Shown: positions 26,435-40,535, numbered from the stretch's first letter. The stretch: 64,000 nt of DNA from Octopus sinensis (GCF_006345805.1 NC_043003.1:109988001-110052000); one strand, 5' to 3'. A program made the numbers and translations. The notes: generated by a model not told the origin, from the letters alone.

Positions 26435-26796
26435 TCTCTATATATAAACGGCAAAATGTCTGTGTGTGTGTGTGTCCTTTATACAAATCCACAATTTTTC
26501 TGTTTGAGGGCTCGCACTTTCTATGGTTATTCAAAACCGTCCAAGGGTAGTCGTGCACATCTTTACATTTCCCTACTCATCCCGCAAAGCTATTCAAAAA
26601 TCAATAGAAGTGACTTTTTTGTGAATTTTCTATCCAAAACCCATTCAAAATGCCTGAAAGTTGATACGCCAATTGACTGCCAGCTAGCTGTATGTGATTT
26701 GTCGGAGATTTTGACAGTACTCGCGTGTATGTGCGCACGCAGCTGTATATGCATGCACTAGCACTATGACCCGGCAACGCCGGGTCATAGTGCTAG
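26435..26796 (+). mobile_element. Non-autonomous Helitron, 362 bp
   Basis: A|TC 5' end, CTAG|T 3' end, no TSD, GC-rich subterminal hairpin cccggc-aac-gccggg. Confidence 0.85.
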
Positions 26797-27651
26797 TTTA
26801 AATTAACAAAGGTGTATATGGTGTAAATTGAATGAATTTAAACAGAGATTGCAAATGAAATGCGTCAGTGACTGGTTATAGAGTACAATTAACACGATGT
26901 CACTGGACACGTGTGTAAATAATTTTTGAGTTTAGCCCTTCGTCATCCTTCATTCATAAGCATGACCATTACGTCATTTTGTTATACATAGTGGTCTTCA
27001 TCGTCCAATTTCTCAGTCCTTCTTTTATTTCTGACCAAAGTCCATATGTTTTTTTAGTTATTCTGCTGGTAGGAAATATGACACTAAAAGGGTTTATTAG
27101 TCTTTGTAACTTTAAGAGTTATAATAATTACCTATGATATATGTGACGGGAAAATGGTTAACTATATATATATGTGCGTGTTGATGTGTGCTTGCGTATG
27201 TGTGTGTGTGATTGTGCGTGCACCTGTGTGTATACGTGCATGTTTTGTTTTTGTATACATGCAGTTTTGCATACATGCATTTTGCATAGCATTGTTCATT
27301 CTTTGACGTATATCATAGGGAAAGCACGACTATGAAATATTTTAACTGCTTTCCAACGATCTTAGAGATTTTAAAGGAAAATAATTAACGAGAACGTCAA
27401 AGTTATAATATCACTTAGAAATGTTTGCGCTTTAACTATTCACCATGCATTATAAAGAAGCGATATCTGCAGAATCATTGCGAGTCTCCTTTTTTTAATA
27501 CTAGATGGCGTAACGACATTAACAAGTGCAAAAGGATTCAGCAAATTCTGTGGTCTACCCGTTCCTTCGTCAGGATACAGATAAAAGGACGCAGAATGTG
27601 TAATGTCTGAAATAGCCAAGATATGATTTGAAGTTGGGTAAACATTGAATG

Positions 27652-27711
<60 letters not shown>

Positions 27712-27805
27712 TGTATGTGTGTGTGTGTGTGTGTTGTGTGTGTGTGTGGTGTGTGTGTGTGTATGTGGTGTGTGTGGTGTGTGTGTGTGTGGTGTGTGTG
27801 TGTGT
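27652..27805. repeat. (TA)n/(TG)n microsatellite
   Basis: Directly visible. Confidence 0.95.
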
Positions 27806-28088
27806 GTGGATGCACATTGCCTAGTGGTTAGAGCAGCGGACTTGCGGTCGAGGGATCACGGGTTCGAATCTCGGACCGGGCGATGTGTGTGTTTATGAGC
27901 GAAACACCTAAGCTCCACGCGGCTCCGGCAGAATGTAATGGCGAACTTCTGCTAAATCTTTCGCCACAACACTCTCTCACTCTTTCCTCCTGCATATTGG
28001 ATGCGTCCCGTCCAGGTGGGAAGACTATACGCCAAGAAAACCGGGAAACCGGCCGTATGGGCCAGGCGTGGCTCGAGAAGGAACAAGC

Positions 28089-28102
<14 letters not shown>
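27806..28102 (+). mobile_element. tRNA-derived SINE family C
   Basis: A-box ttgcctagtggtt, B-box gggttcgaatctc, 3' hairpin gggcca-ggcg-tggctc, (CAA)n tail; second copy at 51825. Confidence 0.92.
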
Positions 28103-28140
<38 letters not shown>

Positions 28141-28639
28141 TGCCTGTGTAAAGGTATGTACATATACATTCAACATAAACATTATCCCTCAAGATTATGT
28201 ATGCATATGTGGACTATGTATATATGTACATGTGTACATTGAAATGTTTCGCCTTGTACGTGAGTTTGTAATTGGGTATAAGCATGTGTTACTGCTGTAC
28301 GAATAAACACAACGATGTCTGAGTGCGCGAGTTGGTGATTTTTGAGTGCATGTGTATATTTGTAAATAGTGAAGAAACCAAAGAGGGAATATCATAATCC
28401 AGAACGTAACATATAGATAAATTATTATAGAAGAACAGGATTCTGCTCTGAGAGATCGGCAGTTGCTGCATTCTGGTTTGATGATTACCTTAAATATGGC
28501 CTAGAGATATAAGAATACGAAACTGTGAAGCACTGCAATCCAACCTATAATCAACACGTTCAAAAGACATATATGCATACACACACACACATACTTAGAT
28601 ATGTTTATATATGCATGAAATACATGTATATGCCTATAT

Positions 28640-28802
<163 letters not shown>

Positions 28803-28892
28803 ATAAATATCAGTGAATAAATCCAAACTTACAGGGAAAAATCAGATTTAGGATTGAATCCAATTTTATAGTAAAATATTATATATTAAATT

Positions 28893-29106
28893 AATTAGAG
28901 ACAAAACCACTATTAGGCAAATCATACAATGAAAAACTTAAGCCAATACATAAGATTATTTAATTTATATTATTTAAATATATAACAAAATTATTAAAAT
29001 TTTAATAATTTTCTTATATATTTAAATAATATAAATTAAATAATCTTATGTATTGGCTTAAGTTTTTCATTGTATGATTTGCCTAATAGTGGTTTTGTCT
29101 CTAATT
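28893..29106. repeat. 214-bp near-perfect palindrome (two 107-bp arms, no spacer)
   Basis: 28893-28999 is the reverse complement of 29000-29106 except one C/C mismatch (28986/29013). Confidence 0.97.
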
Positions 29107-29130
29107 TAATATAATATATATATACATATA

Positions 29131-29210
<80 letters not shown>

Positions 29211-29269
29211 TGCATGCTCCGACATATGTATCAACGTATACAAACACATGTCGTAATTTGCGAATTAGC

Positions 29270-29385
29270 AGGGCCATTAGAGTATTGGACAAGATACCTC
29301 GAATTATTTGTTCCGACTCTTTGCAGTCTGAGATCAAATCCTACCGTGATCACTACTGCTTTTCACCCTTTCAGATTTAATGTAT
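29270..29385 (+). mobile_element. Highly degraded SINE family A fragment
   Basis: tctgagatcaaatcctaccg...tgcttttcaccctttc resembles tctgagttcaaattccgccg...tgcctttcatcctttc. Confidence 0.4.
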
Positions 29386-29670
29386 TGCCGGAACTGGTGT
29401 GGTTCGTTGGGCACGTGGCTTTACTGCATCTAGTCTGTTATTGTAGCTCCTACACCAACGTTTTTATGAGACAGACCACTGTCTCTGCCGGCCGAAGGCA
29501 GTAGCCTTTCTATCCGATACACGTCAGTGTCGTGGAAAGGGGAGATTGAATAATTTACCCAGGATTACGCATAAATATGCAAAACCAATGCCAGGTTTGG
29601 CGACGGAGGCTATATATAATATCAAATACATACGCACACACATATGTGTGTATGCATGTATGTATGTGTG

Positions 29671-30061
29671 ATGGGAAGGGTCTTCCTATGATGCTGATAT
29701 GCAGTGTCTGTGCAAGACCCTGCCTCAGTAAAGCTGGACTCAAGAGTCATCTTCATAGTCATAAAGCAAGACAGATGAGTGACAACCTGACCACTGGTGG
29801 TGGTGTTACACACCATATTAATCATATCTGTCAGGCATGTGGAAGAGAGTGTAATTCGGCAGGAGGACTTAAACGACATGCAAAGGTACATGAAGCCCAG
29901 TTACAACTACAGCCAGCTATTGCCAGTAAAGGTTTTAGTTGCCAATTTTGTACAAGACATTGTAGATCTTTGGCTGGGCTAAAAAGTCACATTCGATCAC
30001 AGTACCAGTAACAGTTAAGCTTCGTGCAATGGCCATACTCAATAACGAGGAGCCGGCCATC
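29671..30061 (+). mobile_element. 5'-truncated RTE-like LINE 3' end encoding three C2H2-type zinc fingers
   Basis: Open frame to stop at 30011 with CSVCARPCLSKAGLKSHLHSH, CQACGRECNSAGGLKRHAKVH and CQFCTRHCRSLAGLKSHIRSQ; short 3' UTR; flanking 11-bp direct repeat atgtatgtgtg. Confidence 0.75.
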
Positions 30062-30084
30062 ATGTATGTGTGTATGTATGTATG

Positions 30085-30118
<34 letters not shown>

Positions 30119-30150
30119 TGTATGTATGTATGTATGTACGTGTGTATGTA
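30062..30150. repeat. (TATG)n microsatellite
   Basis: Directly visible. Confidence 0.95.
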
Positions 30151-32211
30151 TGCATGCATCTCTTCCTTCATAGAGACACATAAACACACAAACACTTATT
30201 TGTATAAATCTACATGCAAACGTGCTTTCATATAAATATAGAGTAAATCCCGTTTAAACACGCTTAAAGATTACCATTGCAGTATTTGGATTAGCATTGC
30301 AAATCTATGTACCAGATGTCCATTTACAAAACAATTCAATTAAGCGAAAGAAGCAAGATATAGTTCCGTTAAGCGAACTGTTCGTCAGTTGAAAAGAAGT
30401 AGGTAAGTGAACTCTGCCTCTAGGTGTATGCATTTGAGAGTAAATGAGCAGAAGCTCTTCCATTAGCGTGGTCTCGCCGGTGTGCGGATTTAACAATCAA
30501 TGCGAGGAAGAAATGGCATGTTTTATAGGATTTGGAGATATCTGAGTCTTCACTATAGAGTTGTCGGAGTCGAATGTGATACAAAAATACGATTGCACAC
30601 AGGTATTATAATTCGTCGTTATGTGTCTAATAGGTAATGACAGAGATATAGAGAAAGGTGACAGAAATTCAGAGACGGTAGCAGTAAATTCCAATGATGG
30701 ATGGAGAGTTTCAGCAAAATAATTGAAGTTTATCACTAGAGAATATACTACACCGACGTAGTCCTCGATATAACACCACTAGAATTTCAGGATAGGCTGG
30801 TGAATTGCATATAGATCTAAGTTTCAGCGTGCACTGCAAGAAGGTGGAACTGACTAATGCCAATATTGGCATTCATTGATATTTCAATTATTTGCGATGT
30901 TTGTTGGTATAACTTTAGCTTGAGGGACATTGCTATCAGATTTCCGTAGATGTTACTAAGTAATGTGTGTGATCTCCAACTGATGTTTCATGTAGCATTA
31001 CTGGTAGACAATCCACCCACCGTAAGAGTGTGCATTAATGAACGATGTTGCTTTTCCATTTAGTGGTTACGGTACAAAGAATGGAAAAACTTGTGGTCCA
31101 CCGAGAAGGAAGGATGTTCGAATAATAATCATATCAAGTACGTTGATGTCAGAGATAAACCGCAAAGACAGAAAGATGGAAAAATGTGACGAAAGCTAAA
31201 TGGGATGACATTTAAATGGACCCAACAATTATGATTGCAACACTAGAAAAATATATTGTATTGAAGGTAAGAGACGGATAACACATGCCTAAGTTACTAA
31301 TATCTGGACGAAAATTAAGGTGATACTATATCATATTGTGTCATTATTCGTTAGTAGTGAATTTTCCAAAGACTTCTTAATTGCTACAAAATAACTCACA
31401 AACAAATTATGCAGTAAAACAAGAGACTACTAATGGCGTGCATTCGTCGTTTTTCGAAAGACACTTTATTATTAGTATAATCAGTTAACAGCAGAGATCA
31501 ACAGAAGTCAGTTTCTTAATGGAGATCTTGTCTCCTCCTTTAACCCTTCGTTATAGCTACGATCTACTCCAACAGAACGGATCTTTCTCACCGTGAGATG
31601 CGTTAAAGTTCTTTTGAATCAATGACACCCTGTTAAGTGTCACGGCTTAGAAATTCTTAGATAGCTGGTCGACTGTCGTATCATGCATACCACCAGTAGT
31701 CGGGGTGTCTCTGAACGGTTCAACTAGGGGTGCCCAGAAAATTTATTTGATCAGGATTGCCGCTATAATGTGGACAATGGATTTTTCTCTCATAATTTGG
31801 TACTGATAATTTACCAAAGTAAGCAAAACAATACACACACACATATATATCAGTATAGTTGATATTTGCTGATATTTTAGATTAATTAATTTTTGAATGG
31901 GATATTTCCTTTTTTTTTTCCTTTTATGCAAACTCTGAAATTTAACTCAAATTGCCTGTATGCCACCGCAACCACATAACGCACTAACATACATTTCTAT
32001 CAAAATATATCATGATAAAATGTAAAATATTAATTTTATATTTTATTTACACATTAAGTGAACCCTTCTATAAGTATATGCGTATGTGCGTATAAGCATA
32101 TGTAAGTGCACACACATGCATATATATGTATCTATGTATACACACATACGCACAAACATATGTTTCATACATTTGTGTGTGTGTGTGTGTGTGTGTTTGT
32201 GTGTGTGTGCA

Positions 32212-32246
<35 letters not shown>

Positions 32247-32987
32247 ATTTACACGGCACAGTTGTTCCGCATATTTTACCTTCGTTACATCTCAAATATT
32301 ACGTACATTTCCCGTTTACATAAAATTTATAATTAAAGCTAATGGAATGGCTAGACGAACAACTATGTTGTTCGTTGAGTTTTGATCAGTTTCGATTCTT
32401 TATTCGCTTTCAATCGTGAGTAACTGTTCATATCTCTACTATTACTGCATTTGAGGAGATCCACCAAAGTGAAAGATCTAATAAAGCGTTTCTCTAACAT
32501 TTCTCTCTCGCTCTCATCATCATCCATGCAAACACACACACGCACACACACACACACACACATACACACATATATATTTGTATATATTTATGCGTGTATG
32601 TGCGCGTTTCTAAAACCGAAAATTTTTAATGGAACATAGAAATGATTATTGTTAAAGGACAATGGGAAAATAAACAGAAATCACCTGGAGATCAGAATGA
32701 AAGTACATTTTTAGTGCATATAAAGTCCTATGACATCAAATTACATGATAATGCTTGTCTCATTGCGCTAATGATATAGAAACTATCCCCGCAGTGGCAG
32801 TGAAACAAAAACTAAACGTGAAGGATACAAATTGGACAGTAAATTATGGATAGAAACAATACAGTACAGATGACACACACATACAAAAGTATGTACAGCT
32901 GTGCGTTCATATGATTACACTTATATCTAACTCTATAAATACACGCACACTCATGTATTTGTTTGTGTGTAAGTTTGTATGTATTTT

Positions 32988-33250
<263 letters not shown>

Positions 33251-33256
33251 GCTATC

Positions 33257-33668
33257 TTCTTTACCCTTTTACTTGTTTCGGTCATTAGATGCAGTTATGC
33301 TGGCGCACCGACTTGCGAATCGACAGCAGAGCTAATTTTAAAGCTAGGTACTTATTCGATCTTTGGTTTTTACTGAACCACTGGATTACGAGGACGTAAG
33401 GATAACAACGTCCGTTGTCAAAATGTGGTGGAAAAAATAGAAACGTACACAAATATGTATATCTATGTACATATATATATATATTTATATGTATGTACGT
33501 ATGTATGTATATGTACGACGGCTTCGTTCAGTTTCGGCCTACCAAATACTCCTACGAGGCTGTGGTTGGACCAATGCTATTGTAAAAGACTTGCCGAAGG
33601 TTCCACTCACTGGGACTGAAGCCAGAACTATGTGGTTGAAAAGCAAACTTCTTACTACAAAACCACAT
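33257..33668 (-). mobile_element. SINE family B, diverged full copy
   Basis: tttacccttttacttgtttcggtcatt (tail) through ctgggactgaagccagaactatgtggttgaaaagcaaacttcttac (head). Confidence 0.85.
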
Positions 33669-34399
33669 ATATATATATTTCTTTTTGCGAGCGTGCATGT
33701 ATGTGTTTGTGTGCCTGTGTGTGCTTTGTGTGTGTGTGTGTGTGTGTGCACGTGCACGTGCATATGTGTAAAATGATGGCATATCTGTTTGCAGCTAATA
33801 GTCTCAAAAATGAAAAAAAAAATGATAAATGACATTGCCATACCGTGCAGTTAGTCAACGATCGACATTGTACTAAAGTGACGTCTGGTTTTATTCTACG
33901 TTACCCATTAATTAAAGAAGAAAGATATTCAACAACTACTGCAAACCATAATTTCTTCATCAATATAGAGATTGGAATGGCTAACCACTATATTACAACA
34001 CTTTAATTAAAAACAAAGATTGTTGCCTTCAGTCTTTCCTCTTTCCTGCTGTGAAGTAATCAATATTTAACACGAGATAGCGTATGTGCTTGTATAATCT
34101 GATTTTTTAAATCTGATTGTCGCTAGTTTATTTTATAACGATATCTACTAATATATTTACTATTTGCTTTGCAATTTACTTTCTTTTTTGAACAGTTTAT
34201 CATTTCAAATGTCACAGGTGCAGATAGCTTATGCGAATTAGTACTGAAACACACTAATTTGATTTTAGCTTCTTGTCATTTTGTATCTTGTGGTATCCAT
34301 CAATGATGGATATGTGTTCACCGGTTTCGCTGCAGTATAGAACTTAGGAGACGACGCCCTCATAATGCTGGATTGATAAAACATGAAAATACTGGCAAA

Positions 34400-34596
34400 T
34401 ACTCTGTTGTGTCTGGGGAGAGTCATTTTCTCTTTGTGCCTTATTATTTAACACACACACCGGTAAAATTTCCACTTATTTCTTATTTTTATTTACCTAA
34501 AATTTTCGTTGCGTGTTGCAACCTTTTGAATAGTTTCCAGCGTGTTAAATTATAAGGCACAAAAAGAACATGACTCTTCCCAGATACAACAGAATA
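34400..34596. mobile_element. MITE with about 56-bp TIRs and TA termini (Tc1/mariner type)
   Basis: ctctgttgtgtctggggagagtcattttctctttgtgccttattatttaacac versus reverse complement ttctgttgtatctgggaagagtcatgttctttttgtgccttataatttaacac; TA on both sides. Confidence 0.85.
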
Positions 34597-35170
34597 TGCT
34601 TCAACACACAAACTAAAAGAATCTTGCAAACCAAATCCCAAAACGAAATACTGGCAAATAGTTCTTCCACATTTTATATATTGTCATAGACTGGCTATAC
34701 GATTCATCGGCGGCTCATTTCCGCTACGTGACATTCATAAGCCATAAAAGTGGCTAAAAACCGGTATCCATCACACCTGACTCCGATCGACGGCGGGCTG
34801 TGTCACCTATCAATGACCTTCAGGTGTTTTAACACGCAGTGTAATGAGGGAGTCTTCCCTGCAAGTGCTAAACATCATGACATTTCTGTGATACACGATC
34901 CCTATTGATCCTTTTTTTCACGAACTCTTTTAATCACCTTATACGTGGCAAAATGTGTATATGTGTATGCATGTGAGTGTGTGTACACACACACACACAC
35001 GCACACACACACACACGCACACAAACACACACGCATACACACACGCACCTACACGCAAACATACATAAACATAGAGGGAAGCAGAGACACACAAAAATAC
35101 ACACTGTGCAATCTTAGAGCTATACTACGTATAACTTCTTGAGAAGCTATGCACAACTTCGCAAGAGCAG

Positions 35171-35205
<35 letters not shown>

Positions 35206-35764
35206 CTATATTGTGGAGTATGGATGTGTGTACAATAACCACTAAGATATTTATAACCAATAAAAGCGGCTAAACCAGTCGGGCCGAACCAGCTGTGCCT
35301 GGACGTTTATCAAAGAGTTTAATGACTTCTGCTTCATTTAGCGTATGAGAAACTGTTTGTGTACGCAAAAGCACTTACGCGGGTGCGCAAGTAATTCTAG
35401 ATATATACTGACGCATATAATTTTTTTCTTTATTGTACATTTCATTTCTCTTATTTATCATATTTTTTGCTTATTTACACCCTGTCTTTGACTAACTACT
35501 AAAGAAATGTAGACAAGTGTCAGCAACATCACAACGGAATCTGTACCAAACCATTCCTGCCCAACGGCCTCGCTCTACTGTCAATAACAAGATTCTGTAC
35601 TAAAACCAAGCGAAGCAGCGTATATTTAACGAGATATCCCGTATAACTTCATCAGAGGAGACACCTCTGCAGCTAGGAACGCACCACAAAGCAAGATGGG
35701 CCGAAACGATCGTTGTGAGCAATAAAAATATTTGTATATTTCATTTTCCGTCTCTACCATTTGC

Positions 35765-35901
35765 TATATATATATATATATATATATATATGGATATATA
35801 CGCATAAATATATATATGTATTCGTATATATGTATTCGTATATACGTATATATATAATTACATGCACATTTACGTGCATATGTATATACATATTTATACT
35901 T

Positions 35902-35950
<49 letters not shown>

Positions 35951-36062
35951 CATATATATATGTGTGTGTGTATATATGTATATGTATATACATACATATA
36001 TATATATACACATATATACATATACATATACATATATATGTATATATATGTATATATATATA

Positions 36063-36132
<70 letters not shown>

Positions 36133-36165
36133 CATATGTATATATATATATATATATATATAATT
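35765..36165. repeat. Long compound (TA)n/(TACA)n microsatellite
   Basis: Directly visible. Confidence 0.95.
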
Positions 36166-36896
36166 ATGTATGTATATTCCTGCACTTGCGAAGTTGTGCG
36201 TTGCATTCTCAAGAAGTTATACACAATATAGCTATAAGAATCCACACAGTACGTATTTGTGTGTGTGTGTGTGTGTATGTCTGTCTGTCTGTCTGTTTCT
36301 GTCTGTGCTTATGCGTGTGTGTATGTGTGTGTGAGTGTGTATGGTGTGTGAGTGTGTATGTGTGTGTGTGTGTGCGTTTCAGTTATCTGATACCAATAAG
36401 TATAATTAATATTCTCTGAACCGGAAAGGATGCAGATCTTCCAATACATTTAATTCGGCATACCTCACTTCACATAGCTATGCATAAATAAGCAACATAC
36501 AGTGAGAGAGAGAAAGAGAGAGAGGGAGAGAAATAAAGAGAGAGACAGATAGAGAGATAAAGAAAGGGAAAGACAAAGAAAGAGTGGGAGGGAAAGCGAG
36601 AGAGAGATAGAGCTACAGGCCGTAGTTGTGTCAAGCGGATTTACTGTGTGTAATTGATGCGTGTTTCGTTAACTCAAATAATGCTGTTGGCAAATTAGTT
36701 TAACTAAATATAGTTTGGGAAGTATTATTGTAGTAAATAGAACACTCGAATTCAATCATCACCTTCATTACCCAGTACATTTTAGTAGCGAATCAAGAAT
36801 TTAGAACAATTTCATCATACTAGACACGGCAGATCAGTGGCTGTCTGCCTATTGAAATATTTGTTGATCAGTTGGATATATTTTACTATATTAGAA

Positions 36897-37090
36897 GGTG
36901 GCGGTCTTGCCGACTCGTTAGCAATTACACAGAATATTTTTATCAGTATTTACGTTCTGGCTTCAAATTATACCTTGGTCAACTTTACTGATAAACCCGT
37001 TTCGAGGCCAATAAAATACGTAGCAGCAAAGCAGTGGATTTGCATATGTCACTGACTAGGCCTCTCCCGCAAATGTTGAGGCCATTTTTC
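36897..37090 (+). mobile_element. Degraded SINE family A (A2-like)
   Basis: ggtggcggtcttgccgactcgttagca...tacgttctggcttcaaatt...gtcaacttt...cgaggccaataaaata. Confidence 0.5.
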
Positions 37091-37372
37091 TATAGAAGAA
37101 GTAACATTTAACCATCTTACCTCTGCAAACAAAGGTAGGGTAATATAAATTTTGAATTGTTTTCCAGCGCCCTGTTCAGATTGTTTATGGTAACAACCGG
37201 CATAGTTATAGACGAATATACACATTTCAGAATGTCAGTTTTCCGTGGCATTAAAGACATGCACGGCAAATCCTTACTTGCATCGTGAGCCACTCTTATT
37301 GCATGGAACACTTCATCATTGTTTACCTGGAAATAACACCGTTTACACCATTCTGATGTATTACATCTCAAA

Positions 37373-37590
37373 TATGAGGGGCTACTGAAAATTTCCTCGG
37401 TTTGGGTAATAGAAAATAGAAGAGGTTCAGTTAATAATGAGTTTATTCAATATATTCCACTCTCAGACTCACTCTTATTGCAGCAGTCCTTCTGTTTTTC
37501 TAAACCGGGTAAAAAAATTCGGAAGGTTGGTCCTCAAACCAGGCCCTTCTCGACATCCTTGAAGCCAGGAAATTTTTAACACCCCTCGTA
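37373..37590 (-). mobile_element. Mariner-derived MITE, same family as 10562-10783
   Basis: TIRs tatgagggctactgaaaatttcct / aggaaatttttaacacccctcgta; minus strand ends LRVEYIE*. Confidence 0.8.
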
Positions 37591-37894
37591 GTACTAGGCT
37601 GTTTAGCACTAAACATGTTGGCTATAGACACTATGTAAATATATTACAGGGTACTTTGAATGATTCTTTTTTACATTTGTTGTAGGGTTTCCAAATTCCT
37701 TCATGTTTATGCAGGTATGTTATATTATTTATATTATATTATAGATAATATATATTTATTACTACAGTATCCAAGGTATATTATTAGAGGTTTAAGTCGT
37801 ACCTTACCGTACTATAATAAATGAATAATTCCCTACTGGAGATATTAGACGCAACTAGTCGAAAATTGTAAATGTCAATTTAGATAGACACGTA

Positions 37895-37975
37895 ATAAAG
37901 TATTCCCTGGACTATCGCGGGTGCTACGTTCTCCACCGCCCGGCGATAGGTGAAAATCCGCGCAGTAACAAATAC
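37895..37975 (+). mobile_element. pogo/Tigger-like MITE fragment
   Basis: ccctggactatcgcgggtg...cgataggtgaaaatccgcg; related right-end fragment ccgcgataggtgaaccgc...tactgta at about 48604-48646. Confidence 0.45.
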
Positions 37976-38279
37976 GATCATATTTTATATTTCATAGGAA
38001 TTCACGGCGTACAACAATGGTAGATATCAAACGATTTAGATTGCCGAGAGTTAATTTGTTTTCTAGTGTCCATAAGGAGGACGCACGGCCATATATATAT
38101 TTACAATCAAACGCAAATCCTGATTGGTATTTTATTTTGTCGCTTCTTTGATTGTATACTATCAAAACAGTAAGCGTTCCACAGATAGATGCAGAATTAA
38201 TGTAGAGTTAGCGTGAGACAGTGTATGATGTGGTCACACATTTTCACTTGTGGGTACAATCCACCCAACAGTTTTCTAG

Positions 38280-38415
38280 AGACTTTCCGTCTACCGATTT
38301 CAATCGCGAGTTACGGGCCAACCCGAAGCTAAAAGCAAATATATTAGACTAAGTTTTTGCACAATAGAATCGAACTTGGGTCCTTATGCTTGCGAAAAGT
38401 ACTTCTTAAGCTTTC
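38280..38415 (-). mobile_element. Degraded SINE family B 5' half
   Basis: tttccgtctacc and cttgcgaaaagtacttcttaa resemble the reverse complement of family B. Confidence 0.4.
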
Positions 38416-40402
38416 AACTCTACTGCACCTATCGGGTCGCTCTATATAGCTACTAAATCACCCATAAATCATATACCTCCTCCTTTAATAACAAACAGTC
38501 ATACCGGAGAATGTAATACTAGAAATGCCACTCAAACGATAGGATGGATGGTCATGGCAAGATTACCTTTAGTTACCAGTCTTTTAGACTCTCTTCTACA
38601 TATGAACAATAGAAACATCTACAAGAACAGGCGAATCAGAAACTTTGTTTTCCAGAAGCTTACCATTTCCATTTTAGGACGTGACAGTAGTTTAATTCTA
38701 AATGAATTGTTTCTCATTTTCTTTGACATTAACGGTCTTAGAAGGTTATAGACTCATCCTTCCTTAACTACAACTGTTGTTGTGAAATGCAATTGACCTA
38801 ATGAGAATTCTTGCTCCCCATAATAATTGTCTCTGACGCCGAAGCTATTAAAATTTGAAATAACTTCACGCTTGAAGAGAAGTTGTTTACAAATTGATCG
38901 AAAGCCGATTCTTTAGAAGCAGAGTCCAACACTAGAATTCACATTAAGTTTAGCTTGTCAGGAATTGTAATGGAAAGATTTAGTCTTAAATTTACATAAA
39001 CTAATCGCATATACATAAAATCAATGAATAGATTTCACCATTCCACTTTAATTTTATAAATATTTTGTGAGTTATGACCTGATAATTTAGTTTTACTCTA
39101 GCGTATCTAGAGAAAGTTATTTTAAAAGAACCGACCCCAGCTAGGATATACACTCATTAAAGTATTTCAACGTATAACTGCAAACTTATATAACACTTTT
39201 TGATTGTATTGCTCTTTCATAGCATATAATAGTAAGCGACGCCTACTTGTCGTACCTATTTACGCCTACGTAGGCTGAGCTATAACGAGGCAGCCATAAA
39301 ACAGTACGACATCGCCAAATCGATACCAACTGTCGACTATTTGTTTGTAACTCTGCAATTATAATAAATGGGAATCTATGGCTCTCTTTATAAATATCTA
39401 CGTGCAAATAAGAACCACTAATAGCCTATATGTCTGGTCAACATACTGTTCGCAACCTTCTTTGATGGTACTGTTATTTGATGTAAATCTTCTCAATGAG
39501 TTCTTGACTTAGTTTACAGACCTTCTAAAAAAGTTATAGCAATTTATTATCTCTTGATCTTTGTAGATTCGCACACGTCAACACTACGAATCGTTTCTAG
39601 AGACGCCAAAAAAATAATGGAGACTGAAATCGTGTATAGTCTCATAAGTGCCAGTTTTCGCTAAGGAACTTTGGAGTAATGGAGGTGAGTTTGTAACGAT
39701 TTTAAAACACCGTACAAAATGTTCTTCAGTATTTGGTTTCATCCTAAAATGTCGAAATTACAAATAAAATAAATTTTTCTACATTGTAGGATGATGTATT
39801 TAATCTCGCAAACTGATCTATAAAAAAACTCGTCTAGTATCGAGAAACCCCAATACATCTAAATCCAGTTATGCACCAACATATATCCCCTTGTCTGGAC
39901 ACTCCATCTGCCAACCACTACCCTACTGTCTTTTGTAATAATTGACACATGGCTATCTTGCACTGACACATGGTTATAGTTTTGTAGCATATGTATTTTA
40001 GCATGGTATCTATTGAATTGACACACTATATATTCTATTTTTATGAATTCTAAAAAGGAGAATTTGATCATAGTGTGGTATTTTATAAGAATATAAAGGG
40101 AAAAAATACATAGCACATATTTTATCAACCTTCTCTTTCTTTTCTTCTTCTTCTTGGTAACAATATTTTTAACAAAAGTAGACAATGAGGAATTTGATGA
40201 AAGGGAGCTGTCAACCCTAGAAATTGATTGGTGCAGTATTTAATTGGACACGGATTGTGGGAAAGTAAGAGTTACTTCAACCGGTTTTAAATATAGAAGA
40301 TAATACACCTTAACTAAACACTGCATCGCAATTTGTTCGACGATCTAAAAATTCTGCTACTTCAATGCGCTCTAAGTTCCTGTAGTAATAATAATAATAA
40401 CA

Positions 40403-40535
40403 TAGCTTCCCAACCAAATTTCTAGGTTCAGTCCCACTGCGTGGCACCTTGGACGTGTGCCTTCTACTATAGCCTCGGGCCGACGAAGGCCTTGTGAGTG
40501 GATTAGTTACATGGAAACTGAAAGAAAACCGTCTC
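40403..40535 (+). mobile_element. SINE family B 5' half
   Basis: ggttcagtcccactgcgtggcaccttggacgtgtgccttctactatagcctcgggccgacgaaggccttgtgagtgg. Confidence 0.88.

Noticed and set aside
27540-27650. Minus-strand cctgacgaagg...cc, possibly a Penelope-type end
   Set aside because: No GAAAC follows and there is no second supporting match in the window.
27806-27885. tRNA-like sequence with A and B boxes (also at 7501, 15281, 19042, 52050)
   Set aside because: These continue into repeated SINE bodies and lack a clean cloverleaf and terminator; they are SINE heads, not tRNA genes.
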